A stretch of DNA of 64,000 bases from Bacillota bacterium (GCA_015059375.1 SVAN01000001.1:20179-84178); one strand, 5' to 3'. Positions 1-8,125 are shown, numbered from the stretch's first letter. A program made the numbers and translations. Notes: generated by a model from the sequence alone, not told the origin.

Positions 1-2
1 TC

Positions 3-92
3 GAGGGGGGAGAAAACTTAATTGGTAAAATTGTCGATGTTAAAATAACGGATGCTAAAAGTTTTAGTTTAGATGGTATTTTTGTTAATTAA
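3..92 (+). CDS. 3' fragment of a MiaB/RimO/MtaB-family methylthiotransferase (TRAM domain C-terminus); 5' end outside window
   Basis: Frame 3 reads ...GENLIGKIVDVKITDAKSFSLDGIFVN*, typical of a TRAM-domain C-terminus. A hairpin terminator follows. Confidence 0.4.
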   Translation, partial: EGGENLIGKIVDVKITDAKSFSLDGIFVN

Positions 93-102
93 TGTTTAAC
101 AC

Positions 103-135
103 AAAAAAACTCAAGATTTACTCTTGAGTTTTTAT
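103..135. terminator. bidirectional rho-independent terminator hairpin
   Basis: AAAAAAACTCAAGA-tttac-TCTTGAGTTTTT: perfect stem with an A-run on one side and a T-run on the other. It lies between the convergent CDS end and the minus-strand tRNA. Confidence 0.45.
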
Positions 136-141
136 ATTCAA

Positions 142-218
<77 letters not shown>

Positions 219-266
219 AACACAACTAGATTATATATCAGTTTTTTTTAAATAGCAAGCTTTTTT

Positions 267-1178
267 TTATTCTAAGTTAATTATGATATTATCAATGTTA
301 TAAGTATCTCTAAGCGACAAAGATAAAGTATATCGAACTTCTTCATTAATATCCTCATCACTTAAGTTGGCTATTAATTGATTATTAAAAGATAAAGAAA
401 TACTATTTTCCAATACCTCGTATCCTTGCAATTCATAAGAAGCATTTAAATAACTAATAAGATTGGTTTCATATATTGGCGTACTTTTAAGTTCGTTTAC
501 AATAACTTCAACAGGTTCTACTTTATCGTTGCTAATTTTACTGATGGGAATGTAATATAAATTATTATTGTATTTACCAATATAATATATGGTGGTCATG
601 GAAGTATCTTTAATATTATCAAAATTATAAATTTTATTAATCCCATAACTTTTATCTAGTATTAAAGGAAGACTTTTTTGAGAATTTGGAAGTTTGGTAA
701 GCGATTGACCTTCAACAAAAATCATAATTTTAGCAACGCCTTCGAGTTCGCAAAGAGAATAAATAAGGCTTTCAATTGCTTTTTCTTCGTTATTTTTTGA
801 AACATTTAAAAATTCTTTTGAAAGATTTATTTTTAATAATTTATTTTCTAAAGAATAGTCTATTAATTTAGTGTTTTGGGGTAAAATTCCTGTAAAACCA
901 TTAGGTAGATAGTGAGCATTTATGCTGCCAATAGTAAGGGCATTAATAATATATTTAATTTCATCATCGCTATTTGCTTTCACCACAGAAGTGCGGGCTA
1001 CATAATTATTTTGGTCCATTACATATATCGGCATAGTAAGTTCTTCGACATAAACGATTTCCTCTGGGATACTTATATCATTAGATTTTGGAAAAACACA
1101 AAGAAGTAACATTATAGTTAAAGCGAGAGTAGACATAATAATTCTTTGAATAGCATTTCTTCGAAGCATAATAATCAC
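267..1178 (-). CDS. gerM: GerM-like sporulation/germination protein with two GerMN (Germane) domains and an N-terminal signal/anchor
   Basis: Hydrophobic N-terminus LALTIMLLLCVF. Two repeats fit the GerMN pattern (…ALTIGSINAHYLPNGFTGILPQNTKL…LSKEFL…EEKAIESLIYSLCELEGVAKIMIFVEGQ; second copy …IYYIGKYNNNLYYIPISK…LNASYELQGYEVLENSISLSFNNQL…). Confidence 0.5.
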   Translation of the reverse strand: MIIMLRRNAIQRIIMSTLALTIMLLLCVFPKSNDISIPEEIVYVEELTMPIYVMDQNNYVARTSVVKANSDDEIKYIINALTIGSINAHYLPNGFTGILPQNTKLIDYSLENKLLKINLSKEFLNVSKNNEEKAIESLIYSLCELEGVAKIMIFVEGQSLTKLPNSQKSLPLILDKSYGINKIYNFDNIKDTSMTTIYYIGKYNNNLYYIPISKISNDKVEPVEVIVNELKSTPIYETNLISYLNASYELQGYEVLENSISLSFNNQLIANLSDEDINEEVRYTLSLSLRDTYNIDNIIINLE

Positions 1179-1207
1179 CTAATTAATTATATTGATATTA
1201 TATTTTT

Positions 1208-1232
1208 ATATTCAAAAAAAGCCACAAGGGCT
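1208..1232 (-). terminator. rho-independent terminator downstream of gerE
   Basis: Minus-strand reading AAAGCCCTTGTGGCTTTTTTT: hairpin plus T-tract immediately after the gerE stop. Confidence 0.45.
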
Positions 1233-1451
1233 TTAGTCAATTGAAATTGCATTTAACTTTAATAACTCAATAACGGCATTACATCTACCTTTAACACCAA
1301 GTTTTTGCATTGTATTAGAGATGTGGTTGCGAACTGTTTTTTCGCTAATGTGCAATTCTTTTGCTATTTCTTTGGTGGTTTTATTTAAGGCTAAAAGGTC
1401 AAAAATTTCTTGTTCTCTTTTAGTTAATAATTTATTTTTCATAAGCCTCAC
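1233..1451 (-). CDS. gerE: GerE, LuxR/FixJ-type HTH sporulation transcription factor (72 aa)
   Basis: LLTKREQEIFDLLALNKTTKEIAKELHISEKTVRNHISNTMQKLGVKGRCNAVIELL matches B. subtilis GerE (74 aa) across the whole HTH core, and the size also matches. Confidence 0.85.
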   Translation of the reverse strand: MRLMKNKLLTKREQEIFDLLALNKTTKEIAKELHISEKTVRNHISNTMQKLGVKGRCNAVIELLKLNAISID

Positions 1452-1513
1452 TTTCTTATCATACTTATACTATTTCATAGTATTTTATGAAAGTGAGCAA
1501 GATATCGTGCTAA

Positions 1514-2005
1514 TTAACTTTGGAATTTTATTGTAATATACATTTGGGTTTGGTACAAATCTTGGATACTTTTAATTATTGTATTAGCATATTCTGTTCC
1601 TTGATTTTCACAAGATAAGATTACGTTAATCTTATTATCTTCGATTTTTACACAGGAATCTAGATTGTATTTATCTTTAAGCATTTGCTCAATTTCCATA
1701 ACTTTACCTTTTTTAGAATTGAGCAATTGAAGTGTTTCGTAGGCTTCGTTTTTTTCGTTAACAGAGGTTGTCTCGTCCAGTAATACTTTTTGAGCATCTT
1801 CCATTTGGGCTAAAATTTTTTCTTCTTCTTCCACTTTTAAAGCTACTATTACGTCAGATTCACTTACTTCAATTGTTGTAGATGAATCTTCGACATTTCC
1901 TGAAAAGACTGTTAATGCATCTTTGGGCATTGATACATAATAAATGCCTAAAATTAAAATTAACGAAAATAAAGTAATAAACCAAAGATTTTGTTTGTTT
2001 ATCAT
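1514..2005 (-). CDS. spoIIIAH: stage III sporulation protein AH (SpoIIIAH). Start moved to ATG at 2005, after AGGAGG
   Basis: MINKQNLWFITLFSLILILGIYYVSMP… is close to the B. subtilis SpoIIIAH N-terminus (MLKKQTVWLLTMLSLVVVLSVYYIMSP…). The C-terminal YscJ-like domain KDKYNLDSCVKIEDNKINVILSCENQ…IIKSIQ resembles …KSKGYADALVNAEGDKVNITVKSDK…IIDLV. The ORF-track N-terminal extension to 2164 has no RBS. Confidence 0.8.
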   Translation of the reverse strand: MINKQNLWFITLFSLILILGIYYVSMPKDALTVFSGNVEDSSTTIEVSESDVIVALKVEEEEKILAQMEDAQKVLLDETTSVNEKNEAYETLQLLNSKKGKVMEIEQMLKDKYNLDSCVKIEDNKINVILSCENQGTEYANTIIKSIQDLYQTQMYITIKFQS

Positions 2006-2107
2006 TTTATGTCCTCCTATATCTGTTAAATTATATAAATTTTTTTTTAGAATATTCCTAGGTGTAATTGGAAATTCAAAAAAATTATTAAAAAAGTTGT
2101 GATAAAA

Positions 2108-2136
2108 AAAAGGAAATTGACCATCTACTAGGTAAT
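2108..2136 (+). promoter_or_regulatory. sigma-A-like promoter for the exporter operon
   Basis: TTGACC, 17 nt, TAGTAT, about 25 nt upstream of the GAAGGGAGG RBS of the 2163 CDS. Confidence 0.35.
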
Positions 2137-2162
2137 ATATAGTATGAAGGGAGGAAATAGAC

Positions 2163-4217
2163 ATGAGAAAGAAAATGGTTATTGTTAAGCAACAAGATGC
2201 TAGAGATTGTGGCCCATGCGCGTTAAAATCTTTTATAGAATATTATGGAGGCTACGTTTCTTTAGAAAAAATTAGAGAACATGCGTATACTGACATAAAT
2301 GGTACGAGTGTGTATCATCTAATAAAAGCCGCACAAAAATATGGTTTTGATGCAATTGCAAAAAAATATCTAGATAATCAAATAAACGATATTCAATGTC
2401 CGGCTATAGTTCACGTTCGGTATGAAAATGGGCAAACACATTTTATGTGTTTATATAAAATAATGAAAGATAGTGTTCTTTTGATGGATCCAGCTAAAGG
2501 AAAAGTTGTTTTATGTAAAGATCAGTTTATAAAAATCTTTACTGGAGTTGTAATTGAGCTTTCATTAAAAAATGAGATTATAATTTTAGAGAAAGAAAGT
2601 AATATTTATAATTTATTCCTTAATATAATAAGAAAAAATAAAAAGTTATGTGTATCTGTGCTGTTAACTAGTGTTGTGTTAGCTATACTGACTATTTTCT
2701 CGGGATTTTATTTTAAAGTAATTTATGAATACATTCAAACCGGGGGTTATATAAACTCAATAAAATACCTAATTTATCTTTTTCTAATTATAACTATATT
2801 TAAAGTATTGTTTGAATTCATAAGAAATAATTATGAAAACCATCTCAATAAAAATATAGATATAAGTATTCTAAGGACTTTTATATCCCATGTTTTTAAT
2901 CTCCCTTTAAAGGTTATTAATAAAAGACCAATAGGTGAAATTTTTTCAAGAATCAACGAGATAAGTAGTATTAAAGAAATTTTTAGTCAAATATTTATTA
3001 CTTGTTTCTTAGATTTGATTTTATCTTTTGGTTCAGTTCTATTACTATTTTATATAAATAAAGATTTAGCTTTGATACTCTGTTTGACAATGCTTATTTA
3101 TGTAATTATGTCATTGGTTTTTAACCCTTATTTATATAGGAGAATAAGACAAAATATCGATTACCAAACTGAAAACAATTCTTTTTTGATAGATAGTTTA
3201 AATATGATAAATAGCATTAAAAATTTAAATAAAACTTCTATTGCATTAGAAAAAATTGAGCAGAAAATGTGTGTGCTACTTTATGATAATTTTACTTTTG
3301 CAAATAACTTAAATGTTTTTGAATTTTTTAGAAATTTTTTTAATGAAACTGGAGTATTTATTATAAATACTTATGGTTTTTATCTTATTTTTACTAATCG
3401 CTTTTCTCTAGTTGATTTAGTTATTTTTAACACTTTGCTGAGCTTCTTTGTGGATCCTATAAAGAAAATTATTGCATTAATTCCTAAATATAATTTTTTA
3501 CGAGCATCGTTTAGAAAAATATGTGATTTTGTTGATTTGGAAGAAGAAAAACTAGGTGTTTTAGAACATTTTAATAATGGTGATATATGTTTTAGAAATG
3601 TTGAATTTTCATATAATGACTATTCAAAAATAATTAGGAAGTTTAATTTGACCATTAAGTCTGGAGAAAAAGTAATGCTTAAAGGGCAAAGTGGATGTGG
3701 TAAAAGCACTTTATGTCAATTATTACAAAGGGTTTATCTGCCTACAAGTGGATTTATTCAAGTTGGTAATAAAAATATTTTAGATTATAGTTTGTTAACT
3801 TTGCGAAATCACATTATATATGTAGGTCAAAAGGAAAACCTATACACCGATACAATTAGTAATAATATTACTTTTTGGCAAGATGATTGCAAAGATTTTG
3901 ATAAAGTATGCAATATTTGTTTAATTAATGATATTGTTGATAAGAAAAAATTTAGATATGATTTTGGTATTGATAACAATTTTGCTAATATTTCGGGCGG
4001 TGAAAAGCAAAGAATTATATTGGCAAGAGCGCTTTTGCGGGGAGGTGATATCTTGATTTTAGATGAAGCATTAAGCGAACTAGATTTTAAATCTGAAGAA
4101 AAAATTATTAACAATATAAAGCGAGAATATCCTGAAAAAACATTAATCTATATTTCTCACAAAAATCATGATCGATTATTTAATCGAATTATAACATTAA
4201 GGAATAATAATGAATAA
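2163..4217 (+). CDS. peptidase-C39-domain ABC transporter (bacteriocin/peptide exporter of the ComA/LagD/SunT type)
   Basis: N-terminal C39 motifs are present: QQDARDCGPCAL (catalytic Cys) and …GQTHFMCLYKIM…LMDPAKG (His/Asp). A six-TM core follows. The C-terminal ABC domain has Walker A GQSGCGKST, signature ISGGEKQRI and Walker B ILILDEA. Confidence 0.9.
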   Translation: MRKKMVIVKQQDARDCGPCALKSFIEYYGGYVSLEKIREHAYTDINGTSVYHLIKAAQKYGFDAIAKKYLDNQINDIQCPAIVHVRYENGQTHFMCLYKIMKDSVLLMDPAKGKVVLCKDQFIKIFTGVVIELSLKNEIIILEKESNIYNLFLNIIRKNKKLCVSVLLTSVVLAILTIFSGFYFKVIYEYIQTGGYINSIKYLIYLFLIITIFKVLFEFIRNNYENHLNKNIDISILRTFISHVFNLPLKVINKRPIGEIFSRINEISSIKEIFSQIFITCFLDLILSFGSVLLLFYINKDLALILCLTMLIYVIMSLVFNPYLYRRIRQNIDYQTENNSFLIDSLNMINSIKNLNKTSIALEKIEQKMCVLLYDNFTFANNLNVFEFFRNFFNETGVFIINTYGFYLIFTNRFSLVDLVIFNTLLSFFVDPIKKIIALIPKYNFLRASFRKICDFVDLEEEKLGVLEHFNNGDICFRNVEFSYNDYSKIIRKFNLTIKSGEKVMLKGQSGCGKSTLCQLLQRVYLPTSGFIQVGNKNILDYSLLTLRNHIIYVGQKENLYTDTISNNITFWQDDCKDFDKVCNICLINDIVDKKKFRYDFGIDNNFANISGGEKQRIILARALLRGGDILILDEALSELDFKSEEKIINNIKREYPEKTLIYISHKNHDRLFNRIITLRNNNE

Positions 4218-4605
4218 CTATGATTTCCTTTTAAAAATAAAAACATCAAATTCCATCCTTTATATTGTTATTTTAATTATATTGTTATTAGTGTTTGTTT
4301 TGATGTTTGTGATATACACGTATAGTTCTTATCATACTATGGGAATATATAATGATGGTTTAATTGTAAGTGTTCCTTTAAAAAACTCTGACGTAGTAAT
4401 CAAAGGAAATTATTTAATGATTGAGAACCGTAACTATGAGTATGAAGTGTTAGAAATCTCTGATATTCAGGCAGAAAATTATATTAATTATCAAGATTTG
4501 CGTATTAACATAAATGAGAAGTTTAAGGAAAATCAAGTGGTAGAAATAACCTTTTATTACAATAAACAGAGATTGATAAAAAAAATAGTACAATTTATTT
4601 TTTAG
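4210..4605 (+). CDS. small single-TM membrane protein, translationally coupled to the exporter; candidate accessory/secretion or immunity protein
   Basis: Start overlaps the exporter stop (ATGA-type coupling). One N-terminal TM (ILYIVILIILLLVFVLMFVIY) and an ~90 aa extracytoplasmic domain. Position matches HlyD/LcnD-type accessory or immunity genes in bacteriocin loci, but it is much shorter than canonical HlyD. Confidence 0.35.
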   Translation: MNNYDFLLKIKTSNSILYIVILIILLLVFVLMFVIYTYSSYHTMGIYNDGLIVSVPLKNSDVVIKGNYLMIENRNYEYEVLEISDIQAENYINYQDLRININEKFKENQVVEITFYYNKQRLIKKIVQFIF

Positions 4606-4617
4606 AAAGGAGAGTTA

Positions 4618-4767
4618 ATGGTTATACTTAAAGATAATGATACAATAAATTACTGTGGTGGAGCAAAAATTTCGGGTGGAATTGCTCTTTTTATTGCTGC
4701 AATTGGTTCGTTTATTTTAGGGATAATTGATGGCATAAGTAATCCCAAAGCCTGCAATTCAAAATGA
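4618..4767 (+). CDS. double-glycine-leader bacteriocin-like prepeptide A (49 aa), not in ORF track
   Basis: AAAGGAGAG RBS precedes the ATG. MVILKDNDTINYCGG|AKISGGIALFIAAIGSFILGIIDGISNPKACNSK*: the leader ends in GG with hydrophobics at -4, -12 and -15 and an acidic residue at -8. The mature part is amphipathic with GxxxG-like motifs (GSFILG, GIIDG). It lies directly downstream of the C39 exporter. Confidence 0.5.
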   Translation: MVILKDNDTINYCGGAKISGGIALFIAAIGSFILGIIDGISNPKACNSK

Positions 4768-4771
4768 GCAT

Positions 4772-4930
4772 ATGGTGTTAAGTAGAGAGGAAACTATAGC
4801 ATATGTTGGTGGTGGTAAGCTGACCGCAGCGCTTTTATCAGCGGCAACATCGTTAGTAAAATCATTATATGAAATGGGCCAAAATTTAGGATCAACAATT
4901 CGAAGAATTTTTTCCGGTAATTATTGTTAA
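4772..4930 (+). CDS. double-glycine-leader bacteriocin-like prepeptide B (52 aa), not in ORF track
   Basis: MVLSREETIAYVGG|GKLTAALLSAATSLVKSLYEMGQNLGSTIRRIFSGNYC*: the leader fits the LSxEE…GG consensus and shares T-I-x-Y-x-G-G with peptide A. The mature part has small-xxx-small motifs (AALLS, SAATS). It starts 4 nt after peptide A's stop. Confidence 0.5.
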   Translation: MVLSREETIAYVGGGKLTAALLSAATSLVKSLYEMGQNLGSTIRRIFSGNYC

Positions 4931-4951
4931 ACAGTAGGTGATTTAAATTTC

Positions 4952-4986
4952 TTGTCAAAAAAACAAGCAAGTGTTATAATATTCCT
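4952..4986 (+). promoter_or_regulatory. sigma-A promoter for rpsU-yqeY
   Basis: TTGTCA, ~17-18 nt, TGtTATAAT (extended -10), then GAAGGGAGGG RBS before the rpsU ATG. Confidence 0.45.
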
Positions 4987-5006
4987 AGTTAACGAAGGGA
5001 GGGATA

Positions 5007-5195
5007 TTGATGACAAAGGTTGTAGTTCAAAATGGTAACGTTGATTTAGCTTTAAAAAAGTTTAAAGCCAAAGTTGCACGAAGCGGAGTCCCTTCAGAAC
5101 TTAAGAAGAGAAAATGTTATGAAAAACCAGGCGTAAAGAGAAGAAACGAAAAGAAAGAAAACATCAAAAATTCACGTCGTAGAAATCATAACTAG
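5007..5195 (+). CDS. rpsU: 30S ribosomal protein S21
   Basis: Basic small protein …LKKFKAKVARSGVPSELKKRKCYEKPGVKRRNEKK… with S21 hallmarks; conserved rpsU-yqeY pair. Confidence 0.85.
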   Translation: MMTKVVVQNGNVDLALKKFKAKVARSGVPSELKKRKCYEKPGVKRRNEKKENIKNSRRRNHN

Positions 5196-5208
5196 TGAAG
5201 AGGTCTAA

Positions 5209-5646
5209 ATGATTACAAAAATTGATGAGGATTTGAAGTCGGCTTTAAAGAATCAAGATAAGTTTACTTTGTCTGTACTTAGAATGCTAAAAAGTGAATT
5301 TATTAATGAGAGTCGGAAAGGCTCGTTGCATGAACTAACCGACGATGAAGCTATCAAAGTTATCAAACGTCAGGTAAAAACTCGTAAAGATTCGATTGAA
5401 GAATATATGAGTTATGGAAAAGAAGAATTGGCTAAAGAATTAGAACAAGAAGTGGAAATTTTGAATAAATACTTGCCTGATGAAATGACTGAAGAGGAGA
5501 TTGTTAAAATTATTGACTCTGTATTTGCAGAATTAAAACCAACATCGATGAAAGATATGGGGATGGTAATGAAAAACGTTTCCGCTAGAATAACAAATGC
5601 TGATATGGCGCTTGTAAGTAAAATTATAAAGAATAGATTAAATTAA
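5209..5646 (+). CDS. yqeY: GatB/YqeY domain protein
   Basis: MITKIDEDLKSALKNQDKFTLSVLRMLKSEF…: typical YqeY N-terminus, located after rpsU as in Bacillus. Confidence 0.8.
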   Translation: MITKIDEDLKSALKNQDKFTLSVLRMLKSEFINESRKGSLHELTDDEAIKVIKRQVKTRKDSIEEYMSYGKEELAKELEQEVEILNKYLPDEMTEEEIVKIIDSVFAELKPTSMKDMGMVMKNVSARITNADMALVSKIIKNRLN

Positions 5647-5682
5647 TCTGTTCTTTTTTCATACTATTAATTAGGTGATTAG

Positions 5683-5928
5683 ATGAAATTTTATAATGCC
5701 TTGAGTGACTTTTTGTATGATAAAAAATATTTTATAACAATTTTTGATAATAAACTTCATCTTTTCAGATATACTCAGTTAAATAAATTAACGTCTACAG
5801 AAATTATTTTGAAAATGCCAGATTTTAAACTGATAATAAACGGAGATGCGTTACTAATCTGTCAAATGAATAAAGAAGAAATGCTTATTCAAGGTAACAT
5901 TTATTCAGTTAGGAAAGAATATGAATAG
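5683..5928 (+). CDS. yqfC: sporulation protein YqfC
   Basis: Small ~80 aa protein immediately upstream of, and overlapping, the yqfD-like gene. The pair and its position before ybeY-dgkA-era match B. subtilis yqfC-yqfD. Confidence 0.55.
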   Translation: MKFYNALSDFLYDKKYFITIFDNKLHLFRYTQLNKLTSTEIILKMPDFKLIINGDALLICQMNKEEMLIQGNIYSVRKEYE

Positions 5929-7069
5929 TTTTCTATATTTAAAAATTGAAGGTTATTCTTCGCAGAAAATTATTCAGAAGTTAACAGGAATCAATGTTAG
6001 CGTTTTTGATGTTCAAGAAAATGATAACATAGTGTATGTTAAAATTTTAGCAAATGATATTGAAAAAATTCAAAAGTATTTAAGAATGCTTGAATTTAAA
6101 AAAGTTAAATATACGGGTAAAGAATATTTTAAAAAAACGTTTAAAAGATATCGCATTTTGTTCATAGGAATGATTTTATCTTTTGCGTTTGTCGCTTTTG
6201 CATCAAATATTATAGTGGACATTGATGTGATTCACGAAGATGAAAATCTGGTGACATTAGTACTTGATGAACTTAATCAACACGGGATAAAGAAATTTGG
6301 CTTTCGCAAAGATTATCAACAACTAGAAATTATTAAAGATGAGATTAAAAATAAGCATTTAGATAAAATTGATTGGTTGGAAATTAATAAGGTAGGCATG
6401 CGATATGTTGTGCGTATTGAAGAAAGAATTCTTACGAAAAAGGAAAATATTAAAGAATATTGTCATTTATATTCAACGAAAGATGCGTTAATAACTAAAG
6501 TCAAGGTTTTTAATGGCGAAGCCGTTATTAATATTAATGATTATGTCAAACAGGGAACTTTGCTAGTTAGTGGCGATATAAAATTAAATGAAGAAATAGT
6601 TAATCAAGTGTGTGCAAGTGGTAGTGTTTATGCTGAAGTTTGGTACGATGTAAATCTTAAAATCCCTTTGGATTATTATGAAGAAACACCAACAGGAAAA
6701 GAGCGGAATAACCTAATTATTAATTATGATGGTGTTGATCATCAAATATTTAAAGATCGTCTTAAAAGTTATCAAGAAAAAAGAAAACTGATTTTTGATT
6801 TATTAGGTGTAAAAATTTATTTAAAAAAAGAAGAAGAGGTTATTAAAAAACTAAAAACATACACGGAAAAAGAAGCTATTGAAAAGGCTATTAAATTAGC
6901 TACAGAAAAAGTGGAAATAAAATTAAAAGATTCAGATAAAATTATAAGTCAAAAAATTTTGCAAAATACTATAATTGATAGTACAATGGATATAGATATA
7001 TTTATAGTAGCAGAGGAAGAAATTTCTAAGCAAGTTGTGACAAGAAAGGATGCAGAAAATGGTTTATGA
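5921..7069 (+). CDS. yqfD: sporulation protein YqfD (stage IV sporulation-like)
   Basis: 382 aa with a soluble N-terminal domain, a single central TM (RILFIGMILSFAFVAFASNIIV) and a large C-terminal domain. Size, topology and synteny with yqfC/ybeY match YqfD. Confidence 0.65.
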   Translation: MNSFLYLKIEGYSSQKIIQKLTGINVSVFDVQENDNIVYVKILANDIEKIQKYLRMLEFKKVKYTGKEYFKKTFKRYRILFIGMILSFAFVAFASNIIVDIDVIHEDENLVTLVLDELNQHGIKKFGFRKDYQQLEIIKDEIKNKHLDKIDWLEINKVGMRYVVRIEERILTKKENIKEYCHLYSTKDALITKVKVFNGEAVININDYVKQGTLLVSGDIKLNEEIVNQVCASGSVYAEVWYDVNLKIPLDYYEETPTGKERNNLIINYDGVDHQIFKDRLKSYQEKRKLIFDLLGVKIYLKKEEEVIKKLKTYTEKEAIEKAIKLATEKVEIKLKDSDKIISQKILQNTIIDSTMDIDIFIVAEEEISKQVVTRKDAENGL

Positions 7070-7676
7070 TTTATTTAAAAGTAGCTTAATTACAATGTGG
7101 CCTTCTTTAGTTATTGTTACCGTTACATTAATAACAATCCGTTTTGCGTATTTAAAAAATCAACGTGGCCCATTTTCTTTTTATCGTGAGTTTTGGACAT
7201 TAATATCAGTTGTTTATATGTTACTTTTATATCAAATGGTGACCAGGGTAGATATAAATGCTTCAAGTGGAATTAATTTAGTGCCATTTACAGAAATCCT
7301 TCGTTATGATGTTCATAGCGAGCTATTCTTCTATAATGTTGTTGGAAACATTGCGTTATTTATGCCTTTTGGCTTTATTGTATCTGCTTATGTTAAACCA
7401 CGAAAAATTTGGACTAATTTGTTTGTGGCTTTAATTGTAAGTGGAACCATTGAGATTGTACAATTAAATATTGGACGAAGTTTTGATATTGATGATATTA
7501 TTTTAAATACCTTAGGATGTATTATAGGCTTTTTAGGTTATGTAGGTTTTAAGGCAATAATTAAACATTTACCTAATTTTTTAAAAAGTGACTGGTTTAA
7601 TAATCTAATTTGTATTATAATAACTATCTGTATATTTTTATACGTTTTAAATATTATGGGGATTGCGTTTAGATGA
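7050..7676 (+). CDS. VanZ-family membrane protein
   Basis: Polytopic; …VPFTEIL…NVVGNIALFMPFGF… and …SFDIDDIILNTLGCIIGFLGY fit the VanZ-like fold signature. Confidence 0.5.
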   Translation: MQKMVYDLFKSSLITMWPSLVIVTVTLITIRFAYLKNQRGPFSFYREFWTLISVVYMLLLYQMVTRVDINASSGINLVPFTEILRYDVHSELFFYNVVGNIALFMPFGFIVSAYVKPRKIWTNLFVALIVSGTIEIVQLNIGRSFDIDDIILNTLGCIIGFLGYVGFKAIIKHLPNFLKSDWFNNLICIIITICIFLYVLNIMGIAFR

Positions 7677-8125
7677 ATAAATTTGAAATAATTGATGAAT
7701 TTGAATATCAAAATTATCGTTTTTTAAAAAGAGTTTTGAAAAGAACTTTAAAAATTGAAAGTGTTAAAAATTCTTTTTTTAGTGTTGTTTTAGTTGATGA
7801 AAAAACAATTCAAGAAATTAATAAGAATTATCGAAAAATTGATAAAGTTACTGATGTTATATCTTTTGCTTTTGAAGATAATGATAAAAGGGTGTATAAT
7901 AATACTAGAATTTTAGGCGAAATATATATATGTATCCCTAGAATGAAGGAGCAAGCAACTGCATATGGTCATAGTGAGACTAGAGAATTGGCATTTTTAG
8001 CGGTTCATGGGTTGTTGCATTTACTTGGATATGATCATATGAAAAAAGAAGATGAAGGAAAGATGTTTGCAAAACAGGAGTTGATTTTAAATGGATTTAA
8101 AAAAACAAAAAGGGAAAAAGATTAA
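7673..8125 (+). CDS. ybeY: endoribonuclease YbeY (rRNA maturation)
   Basis: Zinc-binding motif HGLLHLLGYDH is present. Confidence 0.9.
   Translation: MNKFEIIDEFEYQNYRFLKRVLKRTLKIESVKNSFFSVVLVDEKTIQEINKNYRKIDKVTDVISFAFEDNDKRVYNNTRILGEIYICIPRMKEQATAYGHSETRELAFLAVHGLLHLLGYDHMKKEDEGKMFAKQELILNGFKKTKREKD

Noticed and set aside
2006-2164. ORF-track N-terminal extension of the spoIIIAH ORF (216 aa) and the 58-aa extension of ftsK (40705-40878)
   Set aside because: Both extensions lack an RBS and homologous N-termini. Internal ATGs with strong RBS (AGGAGG at 2005; GGTGA at 40704) match the conserved SpoIIIAH/FtsK starts.
4765-4786. Possible TGA-as-Trp read-through extending peptide A (…NSK-W-AYGVK*), which would imply Mollicutes-type code 4
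   Set aside because: Many long conserved genes in the window (lepA, ftsK, tex, the exporter) are complete with TGA used as stop. Genes for peptidoglycan and sporulation are present. So translation table 11 applies and peptide A ends at 4767.
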